Part shown: piece by piece, positions 48,619 to 58,965 of the stretch
Layout: the number at the start of each line of letters is the position of its first letter
How positions within the stretch are numbered: position 1 is the first letter of the stretch
Source: Tubiluchus corallicola
Taxonomy: Eukaryota > Animalia > Priapulida
Assembly (NCBI GenBank): GCA_030141605.1
Contig: JAQGDQ010000932.1
Location: forward strand, 15,580 to 79,579
Length of the DNA: 64,000 nucleotides
Reading direction: 5' to 3'
The notes under the pieces: generated by a model
What the model was told of the DNA's origin: nothing
The model's input: the letters and a program-made list of their open reading frames with translations, nothing else
Databases searched by the model: none
Made by a program: the position numbers and the translations under genes

Positions 48619-51348
48619 GTGTGCTTGCATAGCAAAATCGTCCATAAGTCGACAAATTTTAAGACAGCTTTCACACACATATTGAAGTGTTGAAGTGCAA
48701 AAAGGGACGACCACGTTTCAGCTCTTGGTGACTCTGGAACGCATTAGCGTTGTTAAGCGACGACTTACTATAGTTTTGCTTGAACGCAGAGCCATGGAGT
48801 TGGTTCATGAAACTCTGATTCTTAGAATTTTAGAGGATCCAATTCCGACTCCTAAAGTTTTAGATCCAACTCGGACTCCCAAAGTTTTAGATCCAACTTC
48901 TACTCCTGCCTTTAAGTAATAGTTTGTAGTACTCTCAATATTTAGCTACAGTGGCATTTCATCACTACTTTTTATGCTCAAAAAACAATCTAGTTGCATA
49001 GACACCAATAAAAACGCGTCCCAAAATGGGACATTTAGCACAGATGGGTTAAAAGTTAAAAGCAACTGGCGTTTGAGTTTGTCTATTTCTTACCTTCTCC
49101 TCTAACAGTAAATGTACTCCCGAGTCCCAACTCCATCTCCTTTAGCAATAAGTTTACTCCTGAGTCGCGACTCCGACTCCAAAACCCGAAGTTATGACAA
49201 AACTGATTCCTCTAACAATAAGTGTATTCCCGAGTACCGACTCCTACTCCATAACCGTAAGTTATAACAACAATGACTCCTTTAACAATAAGTTTACTCC
49301 CGAGTCTGACTCCGACTCCATAAGTTATAACAGCACCGACTCCTTTAGCAATAAGTGTACTCCAGAGTCCTGACTCCATCTCCTTTAGCAATAATTTTAC
49401 TCCCAAGTCTCGACTCTGACTCCTTTTACAATAAGTTTACCGCCACCTCCGACTGCGACTCCGCAGTTCTGATTGTTGGGTTAGTTATTTAATGATAAAT
49501 AGATAATGATGTATCGTCGTTTTTCAGAATGTGATAACGGATACAATGGCTGCTAAATATGTTGAAAGAGTGTACTGTGGACATTTATTTCACTTTGGTT
49601 GCATGGATGCTTACATGAAAGTGCCACCGTTCGTAGGTGAGGCTCATTGCAGCTCAAAATGTGTACTTGTAAACCTAAAACGCCCATAAGTCGGCATCGT
49701 TAAAACTAAAAAGTTATGATGCTTCGAAGAAGAATACACCAAAAAAATTTTCAAATATGAAATGTTTGTTTTTTAGAAAGAGAATTGGTAAATATATTGA
49801 ACTTTTAAATTTTACCATGAAATTGTCAAGAAAATGTCCAAAATATGCTAAAAATTTAATTTTATAACCCCATGCTCACTTTTCTAAATAGAAACTAGTA
49901 ATGCAATTGTAAAAAACTTGTATTTTCAAACTCTGATAGTAGCCCATGGAAGCAGCCATTTTGCTTCTGGTTTCTTCTGTTGGGTATACATAACTTCTAT
50001 GTGTTCTTGCAAAGTTCGTGGCAACCAACGTTTGTGCAGTTGCTAAGTGTTTTGTAGAAACGTGACAAAAAACAATGGCTGACTTTAACAGCATCTTTCT
50101 TAAGATTATGTTTTTCAGTGTGCAGCCTGCACCTCAACTTCAACATGGATTATCTCAGCTTAGAAATAACATAGAGTGATGAATTTGGTATCAAAGTGAT
50201 CCTCGCTAAATGGAGATTCAAGATATATGAACTGCTAGAAAAGATTAATTCGCCGACTTATGGACGATTTTGATACGCAAACACACAAATGCCTCCCGTG
50301 TTTTTGTGTGTTGTTGTATATGTTTTTATATATACAATATATTTGTATATGTTTTTAGCAAATATGTTCTCTAGTATATAAATTTACAGAGCACAAATCC
50401 GGGTTTTTGGAAATGGGGCGGTTTGTTACCCCATGAGTGCCAAATGTAGAACCAGGGCTGGATTATGACCCTTTAGTCTCCTAGGCTAATGAAATTCTGG
50501 GGGTCCTTCAGATGAAGCCACTCTCTAACTTCCCCGCACGAAGCCACTCTCTATCTTCCCCGCACGAAGCCACTCTCTCTAACTTCCCCGCACTTGTTTC
50601 GAATATTTTTACTCCTGATGTATTTTAGCGACATTTGCATTTCTTAAAGTAAACTTATTGCACATTCTTTATATAAACTAGAATAGCTATTTTTTCCTTA
50701 CCAATAAAAATATTCTTCAAAAAATGCCACTGTTTTACTATTTATTCAAACGAAATTAGCACACAATTTAACGCAACCATAGTGAAAAAACAGATTATCA
50801 CAAAATGTTACAAAAGCTTGAGGTTCCCCAAGTCTTGTGGCCCTGTGTAGAACCCAAGAAAGATGTTTAGTGTTGGAGGCTTTTAAATGGCATTTTCATC
50901 GTCATTTATACCACCCGAAAAGGGTGATGTTTGCACTACTTCTAATTTAAAAAAATATATCAGAAATGTCGAAAAACAAAAGTTAATTTAAACTGTGTTT
51001 TAAAATAGTCGGCCTACACAAGCTAACATATCAATCAATGAAACAAAAATGAACCTATGTGGAATATCTGGAATGGAAAAAATGTGTCAAATGACCATCG
51101 TTGTTAAAGCGAAACTTATTTTTCAGTTTTAGCTGCGGAACTGAATGAAATTATTGTGTAGGAGGTTTTAGTTTTAATTTTGAATTATTTTGTTCGTTGA
51201 AGGTGGTAAAGTGTGTCCATTTGAGCCTTGTGGTAAGAGAATATATCACGACAAATGGAGAGCCTCGCCGGAGTTGGCAGAAGCACGCTGGGCTCATCAG
51301 CAGGCGAGAGAGAGAGAATTAGCTGAAGTTGTCGACTTCTTGGATTGA
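32845..51348 (+). CDS. Uncharacterised tandem RWD-like + RING-H2 protein (putative E3 ubiquitin ligase), ~364 aa
   Basis: Exons 33585-33699, 36058-36226, 38777-38994, 41419-41529, 43344-43473, 49528-49636 and 51203-51348 splice in consistent phase. RWD-like motifs ([13 protein letters not shown]; IPDDYP) and RING-H2 spacing CALC...[10 protein letters not shown]...CPFEPC are present; the protein ends [24 protein letters not shown]. The first exon (32845-32860 + 33368-33448) is inferred by removing a MITE, so the 5' end is less certain. Confidence 0.82.
32861..33359 (+). mobile_element. hAT MITE (TIR CAGGGATGAGAA), perfect 8-bp TSD GGCTAAAG, chimeric interior
   Basis: TSD at 32853-32860 / 33360-33367. 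Confidence 0.9.
33585..33699 (+). CDS. RWD-RING gene exon 2
   Basis: TTTCAG|AT; [25 protein letters not shown]; AG|GTAGCT. Confidence 0.8.
34328..34537. repeat. (CA)n-rich microsatellite
   Basis: Directly visible. Confidence 0.9.
35633..35970. repeat. (GA)/(GGGA) purine-rich low-complexity tract
   Basis: Directly visible. Confidence 0.9.
36058..36226 (+). CDS. RWD-RING gene exon 3 (RWD-like)
   Basis: TTTCAG|A; [41 protein letters not shown]|GTAAAA. Confidence 0.88.
36278..36750. repeat. (GAT)n-derived low-complexity repeat
   Basis: Directly visible. Confidence 0.9.
37777..38269. mobile_element. Tc1/mariner (Tigger/pogo-type) MITE
   Basis: TIR CAGTCATACCTCG..CGAGGTATGACTG followed by TA. 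Confidence 0.8.
38777..38994 (+). CDS. RWD-RING gene exon 4
   Basis: TTTCAG|GTT; [28 protein letters not shown]; GG|GTGAGT. Confidence 0.9.
39518..39943. mobile_element. Tigger/pogo-type MITE
   Basis: TA|CAGTCGACCCTCGTTAAACCGG..CTGGTTTAATGAGGGTTGACTG|TA. Confidence 0.85.
40606..41159. mobile_element. TTAA-flanked MITE (Kolobok/Crypton-like)
   Basis: TTAAAGGAAGACCGGACGA..TCATCCGGTTTTCCATTAA inverted termini. Confidence 0.7.
41183..41363. repeat. GTCACTAA(A)T/GTTACTAAT short tandem repeat
   Basis: Directly visible; ends ~55 bp upstream of the exon 5 acceptor. Confidence 0.9.
41419..41529 (+). CDS. RWD-RING gene exon 5
   Basis: TTACAG|C; [32 protein letters not shown]; AA|GTAAGT. Confidence 0.9.
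42575..42817. repeat. 27-bp minisatellite (AAACACACATTTACTTACATACAGGCT) ~9x
   Basis: Directly visible. Confidence 0.92.
43344..43473 (+). CDS. RWD-RING gene exon 6
   Basis: TTGCAG|A; [35 protein letters not shown]|GTGAGT. Confidence 0.9.
43599..43668 (-). pseudogene. tRNA-like sequence (tRNA pseudogene or tRNA-SINE head)
   Basis: The reverse complement has A box TGGTGTAGCGG, B box GGTTCGAAC and stem CTGC-CTGGATA-GCAG, followed by a T-run; the acceptor stem is poor. Confidence 0.55.
45570..47219. repeat. Satellite, ~17 units of ~92/~106 bp (constant ~59-bp core plus two alternative linkers)
   Basis: Core ACATTAACAGAGAATTGATGGGCGTCGACTGCATAAAGCGACATCTGTTGGCAGAAGAC. Confidence 0.95.
47240..47390. 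repeat. ~30-bp tandem repeat (GTTTATCGAAATCGTATCGCAAATCCTTATC) x5
   Basis: Directly visible, ~50 bp upstream of the GPCR ATG. Confidence 0.9.
47441..48436 (+). CDS. Intronless class A (rhodopsin-like) GPCR, adenosine/melanocortin/amine-receptor-like orphan, nested in an intron
   Basis: 331-aa ORF with 7 hydrophobic segments and class-A motifs: TM1 SNLLV, TM2 SLALAD, TM3 [10 protein letters not shown]4 W, TM6 CWTP, TM7 NSMANPLIY, helix 8 F. N-terminal N-glycosylation sequons NVT and NES. The start could be ATG 47441, 47474 or 47501. Confidence 0.9.
   Translation: MSKWLKEEGLNMTALHNVTYMNESDIFTRNTGISNPGTTIICIIKVVFNLLGVYVTVSNLLVVVAVIKYRNLQSISNWLVLSLALADAIVGIAVVLFSVVMLQNDSPVPIRACLLVNVLLLMCSCCSMVTIASISVERYIAVAHPFLYPRVIQSRRVFAAIVTTWIYSISYALMSLYNHRITSPRVCCSLHNMMDPAYFRFASFTGFMLMAMLAAAYARIMLIARRHQRQIQSSLQQPSSQLLQNIKAAKIMLIITGTVVICWTPVNISFLFLVKSVRGKEYLYVEVFCYVLACINSMANPLIYAWKHENFKTAFTHILKCKKGRPRFSSW
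48505..48617. repeat. (TA)n microsatellite
   Basis: Directly visible. Confidence 0.95.
48835..49470. mobile_element. Repeat rich in CCGACTCC motifs (probable MITE)
   Basis: Recurrent (C/T)GACTCC units; related fragment at 16878-16985. Confidence 0.55.
49528..49636 (+). CDS. RWD-RING gene exon 7 (RING-H2)
   Basis: TTTTCAG|AAT; [24 protein letters not shown]; G|GTGAGG. Confidence 0.9.
49660..50287 (+). mobile_element. MITE family A copy
   Basis: Colinear with 6383-7053. Confidence 0.8.
51203..51348 (+). CDS. RWD-RING gene last exon
   Basis: AG|GT; [25 protein letters not shown]. Confidence 0.9.
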
Positions 51349-51654
51349 CGATAGATGGCAGCACAGGACATCAGTCACAAGTACTCGCTGACGTGTAGTA
51401 CTTAAATTGATAAATCTTTTTTTTTTGTAAAATCGAATCGTATTTACTTTCATGAATTACACGTGCAGCGGTATAATAATGTAACAGATTCATAAACATA
51501 AATCGTGGATTTTTGGAAACTTGACATTAAAGTAAAAGCCCAGCCTCGGCAACAGTTTTTAGCAAAAGTTTAAGGAGCACGTGTTGAAATGATATTCCAT
51601 TTGCTTTTGTAAAATAATTAAATAATTATAAAAATAATAATTTATGGATTTTAC

Positions 51655-52720
51655 TGCAATTCAGTGGTCGGGCGGCCATTCACTTATGACGTCAAGGCAG
51701 GAAATTATAATACCTCGTCTTATACGCAAGAAAGCATTGCTATTCAGTGGTCAAGTGGCCATTCACTTATGACGTCAAGGCAGGAAATTATAATACCTCG
51801 TCTTACACGCAAGAAAGCATTGCTATTCAGTGGTCAAGTGGCCATTCACTTATGACGTCAAGGCAGGAAATTATAATACCTCGTCTTACACGCAAGAAAG
51901 CATTGCTATTCAGTGGTCAAGTGGCCATTCACTTATGACGTCAAGGCAGGAAATTATAATACCTTGTCTTATACGCAAGTTAGCATTGCTATTCAGTGGT
52001 CAAGTGGCCATTCACTTATGACGCCAAGGCAGGAAATTATAATACCTTGTCTTACATGCAAGAAAGCATTGCTATTCAGTGGTCAAGTGGCCATTCACTT
52101 ATGACGTCAAGGCAGGAAATTATAATACCTCGTCTTACACGCAAGAAAGCATTGCTATTCAGTGGTCAAGTGGCCATTCACTTATGTCGTCAAGGCAGGA
52201 AATTATAATACCTTGTCTTACACGCAAGAAAGCATTGCTATTCAGTGGTCAAGTGGCCATTCACTTATGTCGTCAAGGCAGGAAATTATAATACCTCGTC
52301 TTACACGCAAGAAAGCATTGCTATTCAGTGGTCATTCACTTATGACGTCAAGGCAGGAAATTATAATATCTCGTCTTACACGCAAGAAAGCATTGCTATT
52401 CAGTGGTCATTCACTTATGACGTCAAGGCGGGAAATTATAATATCTCGTCTTACACGCAAGAAAGCATTGCTATTCAGTGGTCAAGCGGCCATTCACTTA
52501 TGTCGTCAAGGCAGGAAATTATAATACCTCGTCTTACACGCTAGAAAGCATTGCAATTCAGTTGTTAGGCAGCCAGTCACTTATGACGTCAACGCAGGAA
52601 ATTATAATACCTCGTCTTACATGCTAGAAAGCATTGCAATTCAGTGGTCAGGCGGCCAGTCACTTATGACGTCAAAGCAGGAAACTATAATACCTCGTTT
52701 TACATGCAAGGAAGCATTGC
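51655..52720. repeat. 83-bp satellite, 13 units (two are 75 bp)
   Basis: Directly visible; the ORF track repeats with an 83-nt period. Confidence 0.95.
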
Positions 52721-53743
52721 TAGCCGTTTACTGTACGGTTCCGGGTCGGGAATTCGGGCTATTTTGCACATGTGTAACGTACAAAAAGTCGCATAACTAA
52801 CCGTTCAACCTGTGACAGCTCAAGTCAGTACAGTAGCTACTGTATCATTTACTGGGCACAGACATCCCATAATGCTTTTCGGACAATCCAGCTGTGACGT
52901 CATTGACAATACGCAGCCAAAGTTTCAGTGAATGCAGATTCAGTACCGCAAATGCTCAAATTGATGAGATCTGACTCGTTTCATTAATTAATACACGTAG
53001 TTGCGCGCATAAAAACTGGCGTATTCGACTTCATTATTTCTTTTCTTTTTAAGTTGTTGGTTTTCATAATTATAAAAAGTAACTGGGCATTTACTTTAAA
53101 TTTCGCTGGTTTCGTTTGTAAAAGCTTGTCCGTTTCACATTTACAGCCGTTACAGACGTCTGTTTCTTGTATAAGATCTTTAATCTCAACTCCTTCGCTG
53201 TGCATCTCAATTTATTAACCTTTAACTTATTAATAACGTAATAACCAATGCAAAGCGGGGTACGTTCAAGTGTAACGATTGTACTGTTTTTATGTCAAAC
53301 AGTGGTAAAAAGACGTGAGCACTCACACCTCGGTTTGCCGGACCTCGCTTTTACGGATACCCGAAGAATCGGACAAAATCTGGACTATTAAAAACTCCCG
53401 CGTTCTATGGACACGCTCCGTTGTTTTGCGAGCTAACCGCTAGATGATGGGCCGTCGCTTTGTTTTCACCTTGGTTACAAACAAACGGTACTTAACGTGA
53501 TTGTTTCTATGTATATGATAGTGCACAAAAGTGAAGAAAGATGTCATAATAGTAAAAGCTCATTGGATTGGTCACACAAAAGTATCTTATTTAAGCATGT
53601 GCAGAAAACATATAGAGTCAATTATGCTGAGTTATTTGAGTCAATTGCCGACAGTTTTTATATACTTTTGCATAGGAGCGGCCAGTACTTAGGCGTTTTT
53701 GAGACCATTAGGTGATTAATTATAGATTACCATGAGTCTAAAC

Positions 53744-54444
53744 CAGGGATGAGAATTTTCCGCGGATACGCAGAATTCCGAGTTTTTGGAAGACCAGTGG
53801 TGTCATTTTTGTAAATCGCATAAATTCGTTGAGAAAACTTTTCGAGGTTGAACCCCGTTTTCATCGAAATCTTAACTGAAACTTTCAGTAGCATTTTTTC
53901 AAGGTATTTATCTGACTTACCTTTCATCTCCTAGATGTTAAAAATTTTGGCTAAAATAGTTCAAATAAAGCGTAAATTCCGTTTATTTACTAATCTGTAC
54001 GATTTGTAGCATGCCTTTTACGGCAATGTGGCACATCTTCATTGCTGATAAATGTGATGCTTTGAGGCCTCCAGACACAAACAACCGAAATACCACAGCG
54101 TAATTTGAATAAAACCAAGTTTAATTTTATAATTTATGAAATATAGGCAACAAAATATATACAAAATAAAATTTGTTAATTTGTTGAAGCTTCATGATCA
54201 TATGTATCATGTGTCCTTGATAGTTGGGTATTTTAAGTTATGCACGAAACAAGGTAATTGATATTTTAAGTCCACTTAGAGGCTCTCTATGGTCACAAAA
54301 TTGCAATTTCTTGCGGGCTCCAAGGGGGCTTTGCACCCTTGAACCCCCATGGGGGCTTTGCCCCTCAACCCAATTGGGGCCTAGGCGGCCCCCAAACCCC
54401 CGGCCTGTTTCAGAGTTTTTTGCAATTTGTCATTCTCATCCCTG
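53744..54444 (+). mobile_element. hAT MITE with perfect TSD GTCTAAAC, nested in a Tigger-like MITE (~53325-54510)
   Basis: TSD at 53736-53743 / 54445-54452. Confidence 0.9.
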
Positions 54445-54845
54445 GTCTAAACGCTGCCTACTGTGTTAGCTTATATGGATAATCGGCACATTTAGACCGA
54501 TCGTCTCCCCGCTTTTGGCGGTCGAACGGAGATACGAATGAATGTGCTTTCCCCATTTTCCTGTTCTGACGTTAAAGTAAAATGAAGTTACGACGAAAAT
54601 TGTGATGATGTTCGATATTTCATATCATTGTCAGCTTTTTTTCAGAAATTTGCACAGATTATTTTTTAATTTTTTCCAAATTGGGATTCCTTTTCAGTTA
54701 TTGAAAACAGTTTGCTTTAGAAGCCTAGCATTCATAGTTAACTAGGCTCCAGTCGTGCCACAAGCATCAACCTGATCACTTTGATTAACTTCTGGATACT
54801 AGCAAATGAGACCCTGGTTTGCGTGAGCAAAGTTTATGGTTTTAG

Positions 54846-57800
54846 GACAAGTGGAATGGCCGAATGGTCACATTGTGGTGCTTAGAGAATAAACTTAAGC
54901 AACATTTAACCTGGTTAGTGAATGGATGGCTGACAGTCCATGTTTTTCAATTAATAGTGAGCCGTTTCATCTGCCGCCCAGTCCCTCTGAGAAACGATGT
55001 ATATGAATCTGAATGCAGCTATGACACCTGTCTCTGCTCAGTACCTTGCTTTGACAGATTATTCTTGATAATAGTGCTAGGTTCAGGTCCCGCCACAATC
55101 ACCAAACACTAGTAATAAGTGCCATTAAGTGCTTAATTCCAACTTGCATCAGGCGCCGTAGGCAATTGCCTAGTTTGTCTAGCTGTAGGCAGGCTCTGTT
55201 AACGTATTGAAACTGTTGTGTGACATGTACCTTAAATTAACATATTTTTCCATGTCCTCCACCAGTCCTTTGTCATATGCAATTTCCTGTAGCATTTTTC
55301 TGCAGTAAACTTTTGCATCTTTCTAGTGGTAGTTTTTCATGTTGACATCTTCCTGTTTGGCCACTGTGGTACACAAATACAGTTAAATGTTTGATTAATT
55401 GACATTACAAAAACCACACACCTGCATTGATCGCTAATCTGCAAACTTGAATGATTTGTAAAACGATGGAAAAGTAAGCGTCATAACGCCTACAACAGCA
55501 GATGCATAAATTATGGTCTGGCAAATTATACATCACCACTCCTACAACAATTATCCATGTGCAAATTAGACACAGACATTTGCCTTCTGTGCCCACACAA
55601 TATCAAATTTGTGACGCATTTCTACTCAAAGCTCTACGATGCTTAACTTCGGTGATCAGATGAGAACCAGTGTTTTCAGCGTGATATGGCCGTAGTAGTT
55701 CTATGAAATAATGATGCAATATGCTTCCTATCTATCTATCTGCCTGACTCATGAAGACACAAAACCTGTGGAACCCTGATGTAATGTCGTCTAAAGATCT
55801 TGCAATCGCAGTAAACATATTGATGAATCTTCTTTTCTTTCCAACAGACAAATCCATCTACACAGTGGAAACAATTTTGCTGCCATGATAAGAGAACAAT
55901 CATCTCTGTATGGATATCTTCACCATAAATTAATATGTTGCCTGCAGTGTGCATATCTGTTTCATCACTCCATGTATGGAAAACTACTATTCTGTCTGGC
56001 TCCTCATGATCATTTGCAATGTGACGAAGCACATTTGTCTAGTTGGGCTAAATAAAACAATTGCAAACAAATTTTCCTACTAAATTATTACAAGTGTGAA
56101 TCAAGCAGCTGAACTGACGCTATGAAAATCGCACATCAGCATTGAACACTAATCTGTAAACTTAAATGATTTCTAAAATAATGAAAATGTAAGCGTCGTA
56201 ATGCCTACAACAGCAGATGCATAAATTATGATTTGGCAAATTATACATCACCACTTCTACACCAATTATCCATGTGCAAATTAGACAACATACTATATAG
56301 CATGATAAATTGACGTTATGAAAATCGCATGCCGGCATTGAACACTAATCTGTAAACTTGAATGATTTCTAAAACAATGAAAATGTAAGCGTCATAATGC
56401 CTACAACAACAGATGTGTAAATTATGATTTGGCAAATTATACATCACCACTCCTACACCAATTATCCATGTGCAAATTAGACAACAATATTTGCCTTCTG
56501 TACCCATAACTATATATGTTTTGTGGTGCATTTCTATTATTCTGGCAAAATTAATTTTTGCGGTGCACTTGGTCAAAGTGCCACCCTTTGAAAAGAGCCG
56601 CTTTGGCGGACTGTTTCCTCCATCCCCCTTAGTTATGCCACTGTAGCATGTACTAATTTACGGTGATAATGATCAATAGTTAGGCTGGGTAGTGTCATTC
56701 CTTTGGCCAGCTTTCTGCACTAAATAAACTACATTTTCTATGGTCAGTTTTCTGACATGTAGCTATGCATTGGAGTTCTCTAGCAATATGAGGTACATAA
56801 GCTTTTGCTTTTGTATGAACTTGTGACGTAATATGCAACCTGTCTGTCTATCTGCCTGGATGAAATCTGTGGAGCCCTGATGTAATGTTGTTTAAAGGTC
56901 TTGCAGTCACAGTAAACATATTGATGAATCTTCTTTTCTTTCCAACAGACAAATCCATCTACACAGTGGAAACAATTTTGCTGCCATGATAAGAGAACAA
57001 TCATCTCTGTATGGATATCTTCACCATAAATTAATATGTTGCCTGCAGTGTGCATATCTGTTTCATCACTCCATGTATGGAAAACTACTATTCTGTCTGC
57101 CTTCTCGTGATCATTTGCAATGTGACGAAGCGCACTTGTCTAGTTGGGCTAAATAAAACAATTGCAAACAAATTTTCCTACTAAATTGTTACAAGTGTGA
57201 AACAAGCAGTTAAATTGACGCTATGAAAATCGCACATCAGCATTGAACACTAATCTGTAAACTTGAATGATTTCTAAAATAATTAAAATGTAAGCGTCAT
57301 AATGCCTACAACAGCAGATGCATAAATTATGGTCTTGCAAATTATACATTACCACTCCTACACCAATTATCCTTGTGCAAATTAGACAACAATATTTGCC
57401 TTCTGTACAAGTGGACAAGTGGAATGGCCAAATGGTCACATTGTGGTGATTAGAGAATAAACTTAAGCAACATTTAACCTGGTTAGTGAATGGATGGCTG
57501 ACAGTCTATGTTTTTCAATTAATAGCGAGCGGTTTCATCTGCCGCCCCAGCCCCTCTGAGAAATGATGTATATGAATCTGAATGCAACTATGACACCTGT
57601 CTCTGCTCAGTACCTTGCTTTGACAGATTATTCTTGATAATAGTGCTAGGTTCAGGTCCTGCCACAATCACCAAACACTAGTAATAAGTGCAATTAAGTG
57701 CTTAATTCCAACTTGCATCAGGCGCCTTAGGCAATTGCCTAGTTTGTCTAGCTGTAGTCAGGCTCTGTTAACGTATTGAAACTGTTGTGTGACATGTACC

Positions 57801-58965
57801 TTAAATTAACATATTTGTCCATGTCCTCCACCAGTCCTTTGTCATATGCAATTTCCTGTAGCATTTTTCTGCAGTAAACTTTTGCATCTTTCTAGTGGTA
57901 GTTTTCATGTTGACATCTTCCTGTTTGGCCACTGTGGTACACAAATACAGTTAAATGTTTGATTAATTGACATTACAAAAACCACACACCTGCATTGAAC
58001 ACTAATCTGTAAACTTGAATGATTTCTAAAACGATGGAAAAGTAAGCGTCATAACGCCTACAACAGCAGATGCATAAATTATGGCCTGGCAAGTTATACA
58101 TCACCATTCCTACAACAATTATCCATGTGCAAATTAGACACAGACATTTGCCTTCTGTGCTCACACAATATCAAATTTGTGACACATTTCTACTCAAAGC
58201 TCTACGATGCCTAACTTCGGTGATCAGACGAGAACCAGTGTTTTCAGTGTGATATGGCCGTAGTAGTTCTATGAAATAATGATGCAATATGCTTCCTATC
58301 TATCTATCTGCCTGACTCATGAAGACATGAAACCTGTGGAACCCTGATGTAATGTCGTCTAAAGATCTTGCGATCGCAGTAAACATATTGATGAATCTTC
58401 TTTTCTTTCCAACAGACAAATCCATATACACAGTGGAAACAATTTTGCTGCCATGATAAGAGAACAATCATCTCTGTATGGATATCGTCACCATAAATTA
58501 ATATGTTGCCTGCAGTGTGCATATCTGTTTCATCACTCCATGTATGGAAAATTACTATTCTGTCTGCCTCCTCATGATCATTTGCAATGTGACGAAGCGC
58601 ACTTGTCTTGTTGGGCTAAATAAAACAATTGCAAACAAATTTTCCTACTAAATTATTACAAGTGTGAATCAAGCAGTTAAATTGACGCTATGAAAATTGC
58701 ACATCAGCATTGAACACTGATCTGTAAACTTGAATGATTTCTAAAACAATGAAAATGTAAGCGTCATAATGCCTACAACAGCAGATGTGTAAATTATAGT
58801 CTTGCAACTTATACATCACCTCTCCTACACCAATTATCCATGTGCAAATTAGACAACATACTACATAGCATGATAAATTGACCTTATGAAAATCGCACAC
58901 CGGCATTGAACACTAATCTGCAAACTTGAATGATTTCCAAAACATGAAAATGTAAGCGTCATAAT
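54846..58965. repeat. Nested segmental tandem duplication (period 2568 bp, with ~1.1 kb and ~220 bp sub-duplications)
   Basis: GACAAGTGGAATGGCC at ~54846 and ~57414; ORFs 55405 and 57973 are offset by 2568; each unit has a minus-strand 5S-SINE fragment (~55626-55694, ~58194-58263). Confidence 0.9.

Noticed and set aside
51664-52544. Tandem small-protein gene cluster
   Set aside because: The ORFs are frame-shifting products of an 83-bp repeat (not divisible by 3).
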